A DNA stretch of 64,000 bases from Escherichia coli (GTDB lineage Bacteria; Pseudomonadota; Gammaproteobacteria; Enterobacterales; Enterobacteriaceae), in the NCBI RefSeq assembly GCF_011045215.1, contig NZ_CP049201.1. One strand, given 5' to 3'. The position numbers were made by a program, and so were the translations under genes. Position 1 is the stretch's first letter. Each line of letters begins with the position of its first letter. The notes below the pieces were generated by a model, which saw only the letters and a list, made by a program, of their open reading frames with translations, did not search any database and was not told the origin of the DNA. This document shows positions 50,147 to 62,485 of the stretch, piece after piece.

Positions 50147-51334
50147 TCAACAAAGCGCGGGCTGCCCCCACGGTTTTGCACGAATCCCTTTTAACATCAG
50201 CACCCACGCAGCAATGATCACCAACGCTAAGATGATAAACAGCGAGGAAGGCGGCAGGCTGGTTAGCACTACGCCACTCACTAATGGGTTAATCGCGGCA
50301 CCAAGCCAGCCTAAAGACTGGGCGGAAAAATAGCTGGCTTTCATTCCTGGCGGCGCAATATGGTCAATCAACATATACTCGCCCGGCGCATAAATGATTT
50401 CACCGACAGTAAATACCGCAGCTGACATACCCCACAATAGCAGGCTGTTGCCGGAAAAAATAAAACCGACCAGACCGATGACGAAACAGAGGGTGCCAGC
50501 TGTCATCAGCGCGCGGATGTTAGCCGGGTTAAGGCGGCGGCCCACGGAATATTGCAACGTAACCACCATGGCAGCATTCACCGGAAGAACAACCGCGACC
50601 ACCTTTTCGGCAAAATCCCCATCAGCAATCACCATCACATATTGTGAAATGCATGATGCAAATGCGCCGCTAACAAAAGAAGCCAGAAAGCCAGAGCAGG
50701 TAAACCACAACAGTGCTTTATCTTGTAATAAAACTTTCGGCGACCAGACACTGCCTGTTTCCGTGGCGATGATTTTCTCGCTGCGCTTTACCCAAATTTG
50801 AATGAAAAGCATGGGAAACGCGGAACAGATAGCTGCCAGCCAAAAGGGCAGATTGATGCTCTGCATCACCAACAGCGTGCCGAGCGGCGGACCGATGGTC
50901 CAGCCAATGTTGAGCATGGTGTAGTTGATTGAGAAGATTTTCGTTTTGCTGGTGGACGAAAGATTGTCGGCAAACCAGGCTTTCAACACGGTAGCAAAAA
51001 CGGAATAGGCGCAGTTAATGAGGGCAAAAAAGAGCACCACCAGCGTTACGTTATTCACTAAAGGAATGGCAATAAAACCGCTGGCGAAGGCGGTAATTGC
51101 CAGTAACATATAGCGTTTCTTGTCGAACTTATCCGCCAGGATACCAAAACCGAGGCTAAAAACGACGCCAATAGTGAGCGCAATTGTCATCGCATAACCG
51201 ATTAGATCGACACTCAGGCTGTACTGGCGACTCAAGTAAATGGTCATAAATGGCAGCGTAGCGCCGCGTCCGATGGTTAATAACAATGACGAGGCAAGAA
51301 GGGCGCTGGTAGAGCGTCGTAGGGATAAGTTCAT
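50147..51334 (-). CDS. ydeE: MFS efflux transporter
   Basis: 395 aa, 12-TM-like hydrophobicity; gene order. Confidence 0.85.
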   Translation of the reverse strand: MNLSLRRSTSALLASSLLLTIGRGATLPFMTIYLSRQYSLSVDLIGYAMTIALTIGVVFSLGFGILADKFDKKRYMLLAITAFASGFIAIPLVNNVTLVVLFFALINCAYSVFATVLKAWFADNLSSTSKTKIFSINYTMLNIGWTIGPPLGTLLVMQSINLPFWLAAICSAFPMLFIQIWVKRSEKIIATETGSVWSPKVLLQDKALLWFTCSGFLASFVSGAFASCISQYVMVIADGDFAEKVVAVVLPVNAAMVVTLQYSVGRRLNPANIRALMTAGTLCFVIGLVGFIFSGNSLLLWGMSAAVFTVGEIIYAPGEYMLIDHIAPPGMKASYFSAQSLGWLGAAINPLVSGVVLTSLPPSSLFIILALVIIAAWVLMLKGIRAKPWGQPALC

Positions 51335-51528
51335 TTGTCTGTCCGGCAGTGCGTTTCGTTATGTTTTGTTTTAGAGATGTAAAGAAATAGCATGGCAAAA
51401 ATCCGAAGTATAGCGACTTATTTGCGCATTAATGCCGTCGTAACCGGCGACTAACGAATCAACTGTTAAAGAAAAGTAAATTCAGCTAAGTTGATTGCTT
51501 ACAAAAGATGAAATTCAGAGGCGGTAGA

Positions 51529-52428
51529 ATGTCGCGAAAAGATGGGGTGTTGGCGCTACTGGTAGTGGTCGTATGGGGGCTAAATTTTGTGGTCATCAAA
51601 GTGGGGCTTCATAACATGCCACCGCTGATGCTGGCCGGTTTGCGCTTTATGCTGGTCGCTTTTCCGGCCATCTTTTTTGTCGCACGACCGAAAGTACCAC
51701 TGAATTTGCTGCTGGGGTATGGATTAACCATCAGTTTTGCGCAGTTTGCCTTTCTGTTCTGCGCCATTAATTTTGGTATGCCTGCTGGACTGGCTTCGCT
51801 GGTGTTACAGGCACAGGCGTTTTTTACTATCGTGCTTGGCGCGTTTACTTTCGGGGAGCGACTGCATGGCAAACAATTGGCGGGGATCGCCTTAGCGATT
51901 TTTGGCGTACTGGTGTTAATCGAAGATAGCTTTAACGGTCAGCATGTGGCGATGCTCGGTTTTATTTTGACTCTGGCAGCGGCATTTAGTTGGGCGAGTG
52001 GCAATATCTTCAACAAAAAGATCATGTCTCATTCATCCCGTCCGGCGGTAATGTCTCTGGTCGTCTGGAGCGCATTAATCCCGATAATTCCGTTTTTTGT
52101 CGCCTCGCTCATTCTCGATGGCTCCGGAAAAATGATTCACAGTCTGGTCACTATCGACATGACCACCATTCTGGCGTTGATGTATCTGGCATTTGTAGCG
52201 ACGATAGTTGGCTACGGGATTTGGGGTACGCTGCTTGGACGCTATGAAACATGGCGTGTCGCACCATTATCATTACTGGTGCCGGTAGTCGGTCTGGCAA
52301 GTGCAGCGTTACTGCTGGATGAACGCTTAACAGGTCTGCAATTCTTAGGGGCTGTGCTCATTATGGCCGGACTGTATATCAATGTATTTGGTTTGCAGTG
52401 GCGTAAAGCGGTGAAGGTAAGAGGTTAA
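51529..52428 (+). CDS. eamA: Cysteine/O-acetylserine exporter (DMT family)
   Basis: Internal start MSRKDGVLALLVVVVWGLNF; 299 aa. Confidence 0.85.
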   Translation: MSRKDGVLALLVVVVWGLNFVVIKVGLHNMPPLMLAGLRFMLVAFPAIFFVARPKVPLNLLLGYGLTISFAQFAFLFCAINFGMPAGLASLVLQAQAFFTIVLGAFTFGERLHGKQLAGIALAIFGVLVLIEDSFNGQHVAMLGFILTLAAAFSWASGNIFNKKIMSHSSRPAVMSLVVWSALIPIIPFFVASLILDGSGKMIHSLVTIDMTTILALMYLAFVATIVGYGIWGTLLGRYETWRVAPLSLLVPVVGLASAALLLDERLTGLQFLGAVLIMAGLYINVFGLQWRKAVKVRG

Positions 52429-52458
52429 CAAGCCCCGATATGCCGGGGCCTGAATATA

Positions 52459-52677
52459 CTACATGGCTTGTTGGTTATAATAGGGCACGCCCAGCGCATC
52501 CGATTTGTCACTGCCTGTACCCATGTGATTTAAATCGAACGGTGGTTGTTCCTGCGATGGGGGAACAACCACCACATCGCCACAGGAAGTAACGAGCGGT
52601 TGCTGGGTTTGTTCCGCAAAGCCCTGCGCGGAAAAGAGAATAAGCGCAGCTGCTATTGCGGATAAAAGTGGTTTCAT
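52459..52677 (-). CDS. marB: Multiple antibiotic resistance protein MarB
   Basis: 72 aa with signal peptide; downstream of marA. Confidence 0.8.
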   Translation of the reverse strand: MKPLLSAIAAALILFSAQGFAEQTQQPLVTSCGDVVVVPPSQEQPPFDLNHMGTGSDKSDALGVPYYNQQAM

Positions 52678-52708
52678 GATTGCCTCAGTGACGTTGTCAC
52701 GTTATCAA

Positions 52709-53092
52709 CTAGCTGTTGTAATGATTTAATGGATGTAAAAAGCGCGATTCGCCCTGCATATTGGTCATCCGGTATTTATGCGGCGGAACATCAAAGTAAT
52801 TTTTGAAGGTTCGGGTCAGAGTTTGTTGCGACTCGAAGCCATATCGTTCTGCCAGATAGAGTATTGGCTCGTTACTTTCCTTCAGCTTTTGCGCGATTTC
52901 CGTCATCTTACGGCTGCGGATGTATTGGCCTAATGAATGACCGGTTTCTTTTTTAAACATCCGTTGCAGGTGCCATTTGGAGTAACCCGAACGCTCTGAC
53001 ACTTTCTCCAGTGACAGTGGCGATTCCAGGTTGTCCTCGATCCAGTCCAAAATGCTATGAATGGTAATAGCGTCAGTATTGCGTCTGGACAT
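52709..53092 (-). CDS. marA: AraC-family transcriptional activator MarA
   Basis: Translation [51 protein letters not shown]... matches recalled MarA. Confidence 0.9.
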
Positions 53093-53112
53093 CGTCATAC
53101 CTCATTTTTTGT

Positions 53113-53547
53113 TTACGGCAGGACTTTCTTAAGCAAATGCTCAAGTGTTGCCACTTCGTCCGCCGTCAGGTTTTTTGTTAATTCTTGATGCAGGTCCTGG
53201 CCAACTAATTGATGGCATTGTTCACATATTGCCGCGCCGCTGGTGGTAAGTTTTACCAGTACGCCGCGCTTATCATTCGGGTTCGGCAACCTTTCAACCC
53301 AGCCTTTACAGACCAGGCGATCCAGCATACGGGTCAGTGCTCCCAGGTCGACCGACAACACTTTTTTCAGTTCAACCGGAGTAATACACGCCGCGCAGCG
53401 GATAGAGCAGAGCACCTTAAACTGTGCCGCAGTAATATCCAGCGGAGACAGATACTCATTAAGCAGACGATCTTTCTTCTGATTAACCATATGGATTAAG
53501 CGACCCAATGGAATAATTTCATTGAACAGATCGCTGGTACTTTTCAC
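53113..53547 (-). CDS. marR: MarR repressor
   Basis: 144 aa winged-HTH; MKSTSDLFNEIIPLGRLIHMVNQKKDRLLNEYLSPLDITAAQFKVL matches recalled MarR. Confidence 0.9.
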   Translation of the reverse strand: MKSTSDLFNEIIPLGRLIHMVNQKKDRLLNEYLSPLDITAAQFKVLCSIRCAACITPVELKKVLSVDLGALTRMLDRLVCKGWVERLPNPNDKRGVLVKLTTSGAAICEQCHQLVGQDLHQELTKNLTADEVATLEHLLKKVLP

Positions 53548-53758
53548 ATTAGTTGCCCTGGCAAGTAATTAGTTGCAGAGGATAATATTGCCCAGGCAAG
53601 TATAAGTCAAATGAATGAATTGACCGATGCCACGTTTTGCTAAATCGGTTCAAGTTTTGGTCAATGCGATGCAAGGTTAGCTAAAGAGTGACACTTTATC
53701 CTTGTTTACCCCTTATACTTTTCGCTGATAACCCAGATACACAGGATAACAACCACCA
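53548..53758. promoter_or_regulatory. marO operator/promoter region (divergent marRAB and marC promoters)
   Basis: Intergenic region between divergent marR and marC; contains ttgcc/ggcaa-type MarR-site-like repeats. Confidence 0.55.
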
Positions 53759-54424
53759 ATGTTAGATTTGTTTAAAGCAATTGGCCTGGGGCTGGTGGTG
53801 TTACTGCCGTTAGCTAACCCATTAACAACTGTCGCGTTATTTCTTGGCCTGGCAGGCAACATGAACAGTGCCGAACGTAATCGTCAGTCGTTGATGGCCT
53901 CGGTGTACGTATTTGCCATCATGATGGTGGCGTATTACGCCGGGCAACTGGTGATGGATACATTTGGCATTTCGATTCCCGGTCTGCGAATTGCAGGCGG
54001 CTTAATCGTCGCTTTTATCGGTTTTCGGATGCTTTTTCCGCAACAGAAAGCGATTGATTCACCGGAGGCGAAAAGCAAGTCGGAAGAGCTGGAAGATGAA
54101 CCCAGTGCCAATATTGCCTTTGTGCCACTGGCAATGCCAAGTACCGCCGGTCCGGGAACCATTGCGATGATTATTAGCTCGGCGTCCACAGTGCGTCAGA
54201 GTTCAACCTTCGCTGATTGGGTTCTGATGGTTGCGCCGCCGCTGATCTTTTTCCTGGTGGCGGTTATTTTGTGGGGAAGCCTACGCAGCTCCGGCGCAAT
54301 TATGCGGCTGGTGGGCAAGGGGGGAATTGAAGCGATCTCCCGCCTGATGGGGTTCCTGCTGGTATGTATGGGTGTGCAGTTTATTATTAACGGCATCCTG
54401 GAAATCATTAAAACGTACCATTAA
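53759..54424 (+). CDS. marC: MarC-family inner membrane protein
   Basis: 221 aa, multi-TM; divergent from marRAB. Confidence 0.85.
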   Translation: MLDLFKAIGLGLVVLLPLANPLTTVALFLGLAGNMNSAERNRQSLMASVYVFAIMMVAYYAGQLVMDTFGISIPGLRIAGGLIVAFIGFRMLFPQQKAIDSPEAKSKSEELEDEPSANIAFVPLAMPSTAGPGTIAMIISSASTVRQSSTFADWVLMVAPPLIFFLVAVILWGSLRSSGAIMRLVGKGGIEAISRLMGFLLVCMGVQFIINGILEIIKTYH

Positions 54425-54448
54425 AAAAGGCCCGAATGGGCCTTTCAA

Positions 54449-55639
54449 CTATTGCGTCTGTTCTTCGAGTGTCACTGGCCAGCGGCGAAATATAATGATT
54501 GACCATATTAACGCGGCAAAAGCAGGCACCGCGCCCACATAACCAATCATCGACATTGACCAGTGCAGACTCACCTGATTACCTACCAACGCACCCGCCC
54601 CGATTCCAATATTAAATATCCCGGAGAATAGCGCCATCGCGACGTCGGTGGCATCTGGTGCCAGCGCCAGCACTTTAACCTGCATACCAAGCCCGATGAT
54701 CATCATCGCGATCCCCCAGAAAATACTCAGCACCCCGAGGTGTATTTCACTGTTCGCCGCAGGTAGCAGCAGTGCCAGACACACCAGCAACAGCGCAATC
54801 GCCGTACTTACCAACGCAGACGCATATTGATTACCCAGTTTACCGAAAATCACGCTGCCAATAATGCCCGCACCACCGAGTAATAACAGTAATGCCGTGG
54901 CAAAGTTGGCGCTGAATCCCGCAATGTTTTGCACAAAAGGCTCAATATAGCTGTATGCCGTGTAATGGGCGGTGACAACCACCACAGTTAACAAATAAAT
55001 GCTCATCAATGCCGGGCGGCGGAACAATAGCGGGAGGCTTTTCAATGAACCGGAATGCTCACTGGGCAGTAAGGGAAGTAACTTAATCAGGCACAAAAGG
55101 GTAATAAGCGCCCCGATACCAATCGCGAAGAAGGTCATTCGCCAACCGAAATACTGCCCCACAATGCGCCCGAGAGGTAATCCTAATACCATTGCCAGTG
55201 CTGTACCTGTGGCAATTAAACTCAATGCCTGTGCTCGCTTCCCGGCCGGAGCCATACGGATCGCCAGGGACGCCGTAATCGACCAGAAAATCGCATGTGC
55301 AAAAGCCACACCAATGCGACTGATCACCAGAACGGTAAAGCTCCACGATAAAAACGACAGTACGTGGCTGGCAATAAACACCACAAACAGGCAGATCAGT
55401 AATTTGCGCCGTTCAACCTGGCTGGTCATTAGCATAAAAGGCAATGACATTAGCGCTACTACCCATGCGTAAATGGTCAACATAATGCCGACCTGAGCGG
55501 TTTGCATGTGAAAACTTTGCGCAATGTCAGAGAGCAGGCCAACAGGGACAAATTCGGTGGTGTTGAAGATGAAGGCGGCGACTGCCAGCGTAACGACCCG
55601 TAGCCACGCCACTTTGCGGGAAACAGTGTTTGTTGTCAT
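54449..55639 (-). CDS. sotB: MFS sugar efflux transporter SotB (YdeA)
   Basis: 396 aa, MFS hydrophobicity pattern; gene order. Confidence 0.85.
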
Positions 55640-55789
55640 AACAGATTATCGGGTGAGTTGCGAAAAAGTGATGAAATGATCTTAAAACGGTTAATGATGT
55701 GAATACAATGCATTTGTGATCTGGATCGCGTTTTCCGTTTCTCTGACGCTGATTCTTTCACGCGTCAGAGAGACGGTAAACATCACGGT

Positions 55790-56905
55790 TTAATGACGAT
55801 CAGGAATGTCTGGCGTTTTGGAGGTTGCGGGTATAGGTGGTCTGACAGGGGAGCGAGGCCTGTTTTTCACCAGGTCTTCATGAGTAACTTTTGGCGGTGT
55901 TTCATTTTTTACAAAAAGTTTGAGGGTCTTGCGCGCCATATGTTTGATAATTTTATCATCACTTAATGATGCTGGCATCAACACGTCATTCAAATCACTT
56001 TCATTGGGATTCATAAATTGGTGATAGTGTAACAACATATTGGCGAAAAATAAAAACAAGTCCTGAAAATGAGGAGGTTCTTGTTCTGCTAAAAGGGATA
56101 AAAAGCAGATGCAGACTTCGGGTAGTACATGTTTGTTAGAACCTAATGAATCCATCAGGCTTTGCAATAAATCCTCTTTTAATTCGCTGTCCGTTATGTC
56201 GAGAATGGCGGTGATCAAGTTAGGATCTTTATTGACGAACCATCTGTGAACCTCAGAGTTATTCCATAATCGGGGGAGTATGACAAAATTACCGCGAGAG
56301 ATAAAATTCAGGACAAGCAAATCAAACTGGCGTAAGTAATCTGCAGCGGTATGGTGATCCGGAGGCAGGGGTTCAATATGTGGTGTATGCGCTCTTTTGA
56401 TGGGAACGGCAGGGTTGATCATTGGAAATTGTTCAATAAAATCATTCAGAAACAGAAAGAGCACACGCTCGACGCCGGTCTGAAATACGCGCCCCATAGT
56501 GACAGGCTTTGGGTTGGGAGCGCAAAAAATATTAATTTCTCCATCATGGCGGAAATTATCTAAATAAATAGGGCTTAAATTTATTACTACCTGAAATTCA
56601 ATATTTTCTTTGTGTCTTCCATTCCTGGCGGGATAAGTGAGTTTAAACTGAACCTTTTCATTGTATAGCGTGTCGTTACCCCGAAAAGAAGTCCTCTGAA
56701 TATATGATAAGTTGTCAAGGTTATTAAATATCTTTTTTGTGGCTGAGTTGATGTTTAAAGACGTGCGCCACTCTTCATTACATATTATTGTACTAAGTGC
56801 ATCAATAAAATCCTTTAAAACTTCTTTTACCTGCGGTGCAATATTACGAACGGGAAAATCATCAGGAAGAGATATGTAATTGCTGATGCTTACTGGCGTA
56901 ACCAT
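55790..56905 (-). CDS. yneK: Uncharacterised protein YneK
   Basis: 371 aa; gene order. Confidence 0.7.
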   Translation of the reverse strand: MVTPVSISNYISLPDDFPVRNIAPQVKEVLKDFIDALSTIICNEEWRTSLNINSATKKIFNNLDNLSYIQRTSFRGNDTLYNEKVQFKLTYPARNGRHKENIEFQVVINLSPIYLDNFRHDGEINIFCAPNPKPVTMGRVFQTGVERVLFLFLNDFIEQFPMINPAVPIKRAHTPHIEPLPPDHHTAADYLRQFDLLVLNFISRGNFVILPRLWNNSEVHRWFVNKDPNLITAILDITDSELKEDLLQSLMDSLGSNKHVLPEVCICFLSLLAEQEPPHFQDLFLFFANMLLHYHQFMNPNESDLNDVLMPASLSDDKIIKHMARKTLKLFVKNETPPKVTHEDLVKNRPRSPVRPPIPATSKTPDIPDRH

Positions 56906-56982
56906 ATTTGCCCCATATAGTCATAAGTCATCGGAACATCACTATATAGAGCATATTAACCGCAAGAACTATCAAAAATAGC

Positions 56983-57864
56983 TCATTGATATCCCTGTCT
57001 TGCCGAGTCAGGCACATCCAGCAGTTGAATAAATGCCTCGAGCGGACGTGTTTTCGCACCACGACGCCAGACCAGCCAGGTTGTTAACCAACGCCATTGC
57101 TCAGCTAACGGCCACGCTTCAACCTGGTGATGCCCCGGCATACTTTCCAGCATAGAGCGCGGAATAAGCGCAATGCCTGCTCCTGCGACTACACAGGCCA
57201 ACATTCCGTGATAAGACTCCATCTCATGGATAGTTCCCGGAGCGGCACCGTCAGCATGAAACCAGCTCTCGAAGTGGCGACGATACGAACAATTGGCACG
57301 GAAGGCATAAATGTTACTGCCATTAACCTGACTGGCACGGATTACTGGCGCATGACCTTGTGGCGTGACGATCATCAGCTCCTCGCGGTATACCGGTATC
57401 CCGTCAATGGCAGTATGGTTAATGGGTCCATCAATAAACGCCGCATTAAGTTTTCCCTCCAGCACACCTTCCAGCATAGTGCCGGAAGGGCCGGTGGAAA
57501 GTGAAAACTGAATTTTGGGATAACGACGGTTGAATTCCGCCAGCGTGGCCGGAATGCGAACTGCTGCGGTGCTTTCCAGCGAACCCAGAGAAAATAAACC
57601 TTGCGGCTCATCGCCAGCGACAACGCTCCGCGCTTCATCCACTAACGCGAGAATTTGTTGGCTATAGCGTAAAAAGTTATGCCCGGCAGGAGATAGACGT
57701 AAACGCTGATTCTCGCGAATAAACAGATCTACCCCCAGTTCTGTTTCCAGCTGGCGTAGACGGGTAGTGAGATTCGACGGCACGCGATGCACTATTGCTG
57801 CAGCCTGCGTAATGCTGCCAGCTTCGGCAACCGCGTTGAACATCTCCAGTTGGGTCAGATCCAT
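56983..57864 (-). CDS. yneJ: LysR-family transcriptional regulator
   Basis: N-terminal LysR HTH ([38 protein letters not shown]); divergent from sad. Confidence 0.8.
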   Translation of the reverse strand: MDLTQLEMFNAVAEAGSITQAAAIVHRVPSNLTTRLRQLETELGVDLFIRENQRLRLSPAGHNFLRYSQQILALVDEARSVVAGDEPQGLFSLGSLESTAAVRIPATLAEFNRRYPKIQFSLSTGPSGTMLEGVLEGKLNAAFIDGPINHTAIDGIPVYREELMIVTPQGHAPVIRASQVNGSNIYAFRANCSYRRHFESWFHADGAAPGTIHEMESYHGMLACVVAGAGIALIPRSMLESMPGHHQVEAWPLAEQWRWLTTWLVWRRGAKTRPLEAFIQLLDVPDSARQGYQ

Positions 57865-57964
57865 AACATTCTCGATTCGTGAATAAGTGGCTTAATATTA
57901 TTCATTTTAAAGCAAGAGTAAATCTGCGTATCTTCATACCATGACTCATAAAGGAGATACCCCG

Positions 57965-59353
57965 ATGACCATTACTCCGGCAACTCATGCAATTTCGATA
58001 AATCCTGCCACGGGTGAACAACTTTCTGTGTTGCCGTGGGCTGGCGCTGATGATATCGAAAACGCACTTCAGCTGGCGGCAGCAGGCTTTCGTGACTGGC
58101 GCGAGACAAATATAGATTATCGTGCTGAAAAACTGCGTGATATCGGTAAGGCTCTGCGCGCTCGTAGCGAAGAAATGGCGCAAATGATCACCAGCGAAAT
58201 GGGCAAACCAATCAACCAGGCGCGCGCTGAAGTGGCGAAATCGGCGAATTTGTGTGACTGGTATGCAGAACATGGTCCGGCAATGCTGAAGGCGGAACCT
58301 ACGCTGGTGGAAAATCAGCAGGCGGTTATTGAGTATCGACCGTTGGGGACGATTCTGGCGATTATGCCGTGGAATTTTCCGTTATGGCAGGTGATGCGTG
58401 GCGCTGTTCCCATCATTCTTGCAGGTAACGGCTACTTACTTAAACATGCGCCGAATGTGATGGGCTGTGCACAGCTCATTGCCCAGGTGTTTAAAGATGC
58501 GGGTATCCCACAAGGCGTATATGGCTGGCTGAATGCCGACAACGACGGTGTCAGTCAGATGATTAAAGACTCGCGCATTGCTGCTATCACGGTGACCGGA
58601 AGTGTTCGTGCTGGAGCGGCTATTGGCGCACAGGCTGGAGCGGCACTGAAAAAATGCGTACTGGAACTGGGCGGTTCGGATCCGTTTATTGTGCTTAACG
58701 ATGCCGATCTGGAACTGGCGGTGAAAGCGGCGGTAGCCGGACGTTATCAGAATACCGGACAGGTTTGTGCAGCGGCAAAACGTTTTATCATCGAAGAGGG
58801 AATTGCTTCGGCATTTACCGAACGTTTTGTGGCAGCTGCGGCAGCCTTGAAAATGGGCGATCCCCGTGACGAAGAGAACACTCTCGGACCAATGGCTCGT
58901 TTTGATTTACGTGATGAGCTGCATCATCAGGTGGAGAAAACCCTGGCGCAGGGTGCGCATTTGTTACTGGGCGGGGAAAAGATGGCTGGGGCAGGTAACT
59001 ACTATCCGCCAACGGTTCTGGCGAATGTTACCCCAGAAATGACCGCATTTCGGGAAGAAATGTTTGGCCCCGTTGCGGCAATCACCATTGCGAAAGATGC
59101 AGAACATGCACTGGAACTGGCTAATGATAGTGAGTTCGGCCTTTCAGCAACTATTTTTACCACCGACGAAACACAGGCCAGACAGATGGCGGCACGTCTG
59201 GAATGCGGTGGGGTGTTTATCAATGGTTATTGTGCCAGCGACGCGCGAGTGGCCTTTGGTGGCGTGAAAAAGAGTGGTTTTGGTCGTGAGCTTTCCCATT
59301 TCGGCTTACACGAATTCTGTAATATCCAGACGGTGTGGAAAGACCGGATCTGA
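57965..59353 (+). CDS. sad: Succinate-semialdehyde dehydrogenase (NAD(P)+)
   Basis: Aldehyde dehydrogenase motifs (ELGGSDP, catalytic Cys in GQVCAAAKR); AAGGAG RBS before ATG at 57965. Confidence 0.85.
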   Translation: MTITPATHAISINPATGEQLSVLPWAGADDIENALQLAAAGFRDWRETNIDYRAEKLRDIGKALRARSEEMAQMITSEMGKPINQARAEVAKSANLCDWYAEHGPAMLKAEPTLVENQQAVIEYRPLGTILAIMPWNFPLWQVMRGAVPIILAGNGYLLKHAPNVMGCAQLIAQVFKDAGIPQGVYGWLNADNDGVSQMIKDSRIAAITVTGSVRAGAAIGAQAGAALKKCVLELGGSDPFIVLNDADLELAVKAAVAGRYQNTGQVCAAAKRFIIEEGIASAFTERFVAAAAALKMGDPRDEENTLGPMARFDLRDELHHQVEKTLAQGAHLLLGGEKMAGAGNYYPPTVLANVTPEMTAFREEMFGPVAAITIAKDAEHALELANDSEFGLSATIFTTDETQARQMAARLECGGVFINGYCASDARVAFGGVKKSGFGRELSHFGLHEFCNIQTVWKDRI

Positions 59354-59416
59354 CGCGACATATTTAGCTCTGATATACTCGCAGGTCTTTTCAGACCTGC
59401 GGTCCAGGAGTAGAAA

Positions 59417-60343
59417 GTGGCAGTCGCCATGGATAATGCAATTTTAGAAAACATCTTGCGGCAAGTGCGGCCGCTCATTGGTCAGGGTAAAGTCGCGGAT
59501 TATATTCCGGCGCTGGCTACGGTAGACGGTTCCCGATTGGGCATTGCTATCTGTACCGTTGACGGACAGCTTTTTCAGGCCGGAGACGCGCAAGAACGTT
59601 TTTCCATTCAGTCTATTTCCAAAGTGCTGAGTCTCGTTGTCGCCATGCGTCATTACTCCGAAGAGGAAATCTGGCAACGCGTCGGCAAAGATCCGTCTGG
59701 ATCACCGTTCAATTCTTTAGTGCAACTGGAAATGGAGCAGGGTATTCCGCGTAATCCGTTTATTAATGCCGGTGCGCTGGTGGTCTGCGATATGTTGCAA
59801 GGGCGATTAAGCGCACCACGGCAACGTATGCTGGAAGTCGTGCGCGGCTTAAGCGGTGTGTCTGATATTTCCTACGATACGGTGGTAGCGCGTTCCGAAT
59901 TTGAACATTCCGCGCGAAATGCGGCTATCGCCTGGCTGATGAAGTCGTTTGGCAATTTCCATCATGACGTGACAACCGTTCTGCAAAACTACTTTCATTA
60001 CTGCGCTCTGAAAATGAGCTGTGTAGAGCTGGCCCGGACGTTTGTCTTTCTGGCTAATCAGGGGAAAGCTATTCATATTGATGAACCTGTGGTGACGCCA
60101 ATGCAGGCACGGCAAATTAACGCGCTGATGGCGACCAGTGGTATGTACCAGAACGCGGGGGAGTTTGCCTGGCGGGTGGGACTACCGGCGAAATCTGGCG
60201 TTGGTGGCGGTATTGTGGCGATTGTTCCGCATGAAATGGCCATCGCAGTCTGGAGTCCGGAACTGGATGATGCTGGTAACTCGCTTGCGGGCATTGCCGT
60301 CCTTGAACAATTGACGAAACAGTTAGGGCGTTCGGTTTATTAA
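59417..60343 (+). CDS. glsB: Glutaminase 2
   Basis: 308 aa serine-dependent glutaminase family; gene order. Confidence 0.85.
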   Translation: MAVAMDNAILENILRQVRPLIGQGKVADYIPALATVDGSRLGIAICTVDGQLFQAGDAQERFSIQSISKVLSLVVAMRHYSEEEIWQRVGKDPSGSPFNSLVQLEMEQGIPRNPFINAGALVVCDMLQGRLSAPRQRMLEVVRGLSGVSDISYDTVVARSEFEHSARNAAIAWLMKSFGNFHHDVTTVLQNYFHYCALKMSCVELARTFVFLANQGKAIHIDEPVVTPMQARQINALMATSGMYQNAGEFAWRVGLPAKSGVGGGIVAIVPHEMAIAVWSPELDDAGNSLAGIAVLEQLTKQLGRSVY

Positions 60344-60702
60344 TGCAGTCTCTCGATCCACTCTTCGCGCGTTTATCCCGTTCAAAATTTCGATCTCGCT
60401 TTCGTTTGGGCATGAAAGAGCGTCAGTATTGTCTGGAGAAAGGCGCGCCAGTCATCGAACAACATGCGGCGGATTTTGTCGCTAAACGTCTTGCTCCGGC
60501 ATTACCGGCTAATGACGGTAAGCAAACCCCCATGCGCGGGCATCCGGTGTTTATCGCTCAGCACGCCACTGCAACCTGTTGTCGCGGTTGTCTGGCTAAG
60601 TGGCATAACATTCCGCAGGGTGTTTCGTTAAGCGAGCAACAACAACGTTATATCGTGGCGGTAATCTATCACTGGCTGGTTGTACAGATGAATCAGCCAT
60701 GA
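60343..60702 (+). CDS. yneG: DUF4186-family protein YneG
   Basis: 119 aa; overlaps glsB stop. Confidence 0.7.
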   Translation: MQSLDPLFARLSRSKFRSRFRLGMKERQYCLEKGAPVIEQHAADFVAKRLAPALPANDGKQTPMRGHPVFIAQHATATCCRGCLAKWHNIPQGVSLSEQQQRYIVAVIYHWLVVQMNQP

Positions 60703-60840
60703 GAATTGCGGAAAACGACAAAATAGTATTCCCAGGGTACCTTTATTTGCCGCCGCTGTCAGCGAACATGCTATCCTTTATGAGAATTTACTTATTACGT
60801 TGAGATAATTGCCACCCGCAATTGTATGGACAGATAATTA

Positions 60841-62259
60841 ATGCATGTACACCCCATTTCAACTTTCCGTGTGTTCCAGGAAGGTCATCTGCTACGTAAT
60901 AGCATCGCTATTTTTGCGCTAACCACGCTGTTCTATTTTATTGGTGCAGAGTTACGGCTGGTTCACGAACTTTCTCTTTTCTGGCCGCTGAATGGCGTAA
61001 TGGCGGGGGTGTTTGCCCGCTATGTCTGGCTTAATCGACTGCATTACTATGCGATCAGTTATGCGGCGATGCTGGTTTATGATGCCATAACCACCGAATG
61101 GGGACTGGTTTCACTGGCTATCAATTTCTCCAATATGATGTTTATTGTTACCGTCGCCTTACTGGTCGTGCGGGATAAGCGTCTGGGGAAAAATAAGTAT
61201 GAGCCAGTAAGTGCCTTACGGCTATTTAATTACTGTCTGATTGCCGCATTATTATGCGCTATTGTCGGGGCGATTGGTTCGGTCAGTATTGATAGTCTGG
61301 ATTTCTGGCCTTTGCTTGCGGACTGGTTCAGTGAGCAATTCTCAACGGGCGTGTTGATCGTGCCTTGTATGCTGACGTTGGCTATTCCTGGAGTGCTGCC
61401 GCGCTTTAAAGCAGAACAGATGATGCCCGCCATCGCGCTTATTGTGTCGGTTATTGCCTCGGTAGTCATTGGCGGAGCGGGGAGTCTGGCGTTCCCGCTG
61501 CCTGCATTAATCTGGTGTGCAGTGCGCTATACGCCGCAGGTAACATGTCTGTTGACCTTTGTTACCGGTGCGGTGGAAATCGTACTGGTGGCTAATTCGG
61601 TGATTGATATCTCGGTCGGTTCGCCGTTCTCCATTCCGGAAATGTTCTCCGCACGTCTCGGTATTGCCACGATGGCGATATGCCCAATTATGGTTTCTTT
61701 TAGCGTGGCAGCGATCAATTCGCTAATGAAGCAAGTTGCGCTGCGAGCCGACTTTGATTTTCTGACTCAGGTTTACTCACGGTCCGGTCTTTATGAGGCG
61801 CTGAAAAGTCCATCGCTGAAACAGACACAACATCTGACTGTCATGCTGCTTGATATCGACTATTTCAAAAGTATTAACGATAACTATGGACATGAATGTG
61901 GCGATAAAGTGTTAAGCGTGTTTGCCCGGCATATTCAGAAGATTGTCGGTGATAAGGGGCTGGTGGCGCGCATGGGCGGCGAAGAATTTGCTGTTGCAGT
62001 GCCGTCGGTGAATCCTGTCGATGGTCTGCTAATGGCGGAAAAAATCCGTAAAGGCGTTGAACTGCAACCATTCACCTGGCAACAAAAAACGCTTTATCTC
62101 ACGGTAAGTATTGGCGTCGGTAGTGGTCGCGCATCGTACCGAACGCTGACCGATGACTTTAATAAATTGATGGTCGAAGCCGATACGTGTCTGTATCGCT
62201 CGAAGAAAGATGGGCGCAACCGTACCAGCACTATGCGTTACGGTGAGGAAGTTGTCTGA
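60841..62259 (+). CDS. dgcF: Membrane-anchored diguanylate cyclase (MASE-like N-terminus plus GGDEF)
   Basis: Multi-TM N-terminal half and GGEEF active site (RMGGEEF); true start may be internal. Confidence 0.75.
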   Translation: MHVHPISTFRVFQEGHLLRNSIAIFALTTLFYFIGAELRLVHELSLFWPLNGVMAGVFARYVWLNRLHYYAISYAAMLVYDAITTEWGLVSLAINFSNMMFIVTVALLVVRDKRLGKNKYEPVSALRLFNYCLIAALLCAIVGAIGSVSIDSLDFWPLLADWFSEQFSTGVLIVPCMLTLAIPGVLPRFKAEQMMPAIALIVSVIASVVIGGAGSLAFPLPALIWCAVRYTPQVTCLLTFVTGAVEIVLVANSVIDISVGSPFSIPEMFSARLGIATMAICPIMVSFSVAAINSLMKQVALRADFDFLTQVYSRSGLYEALKSPSLKQTQHLTVMLLDIDYFKSINDNYGHECGDKVLSVFARHIQKIVGDKGLVARMGGEEFAVAVPSVNPVDGLLMAEKIRKGVELQPFTWQQKTLYLTVSIGVGSGRASYRTLTDDFNKLMVEADTCLYRSKKDGRNRTSTMRYGEEVV

Positions 62260-62485
62260 CATCTTTGTTCATTCAGAGCGATTTAAATGCAATGTGTTCT
62301 ACCACTTTATGATCCAGGAAAAGGCGTTTTTCCTCGATTAAACCATGATCCGCGCCACACTTTTCTCATAAAACTGCTCATTAATCATCAGGAGTTGATC
62401 AAAACAGGGGTTCGGCGTATTAAAGTTTGTTAACCTGTCGTACCAATTCAAACAGGTTGTATGACTAATCAGAAGGGAACCCATT

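Noticed and set aside
60841-61300. Possible mis-annotated start of dgcF (K-12 annotation recalled as shorter)
   Set aside because: The long ORF is continuous and hydrophobic N-terminal helices look like a genuine membrane sensor domain; kept the long form but start codon is uncertain.
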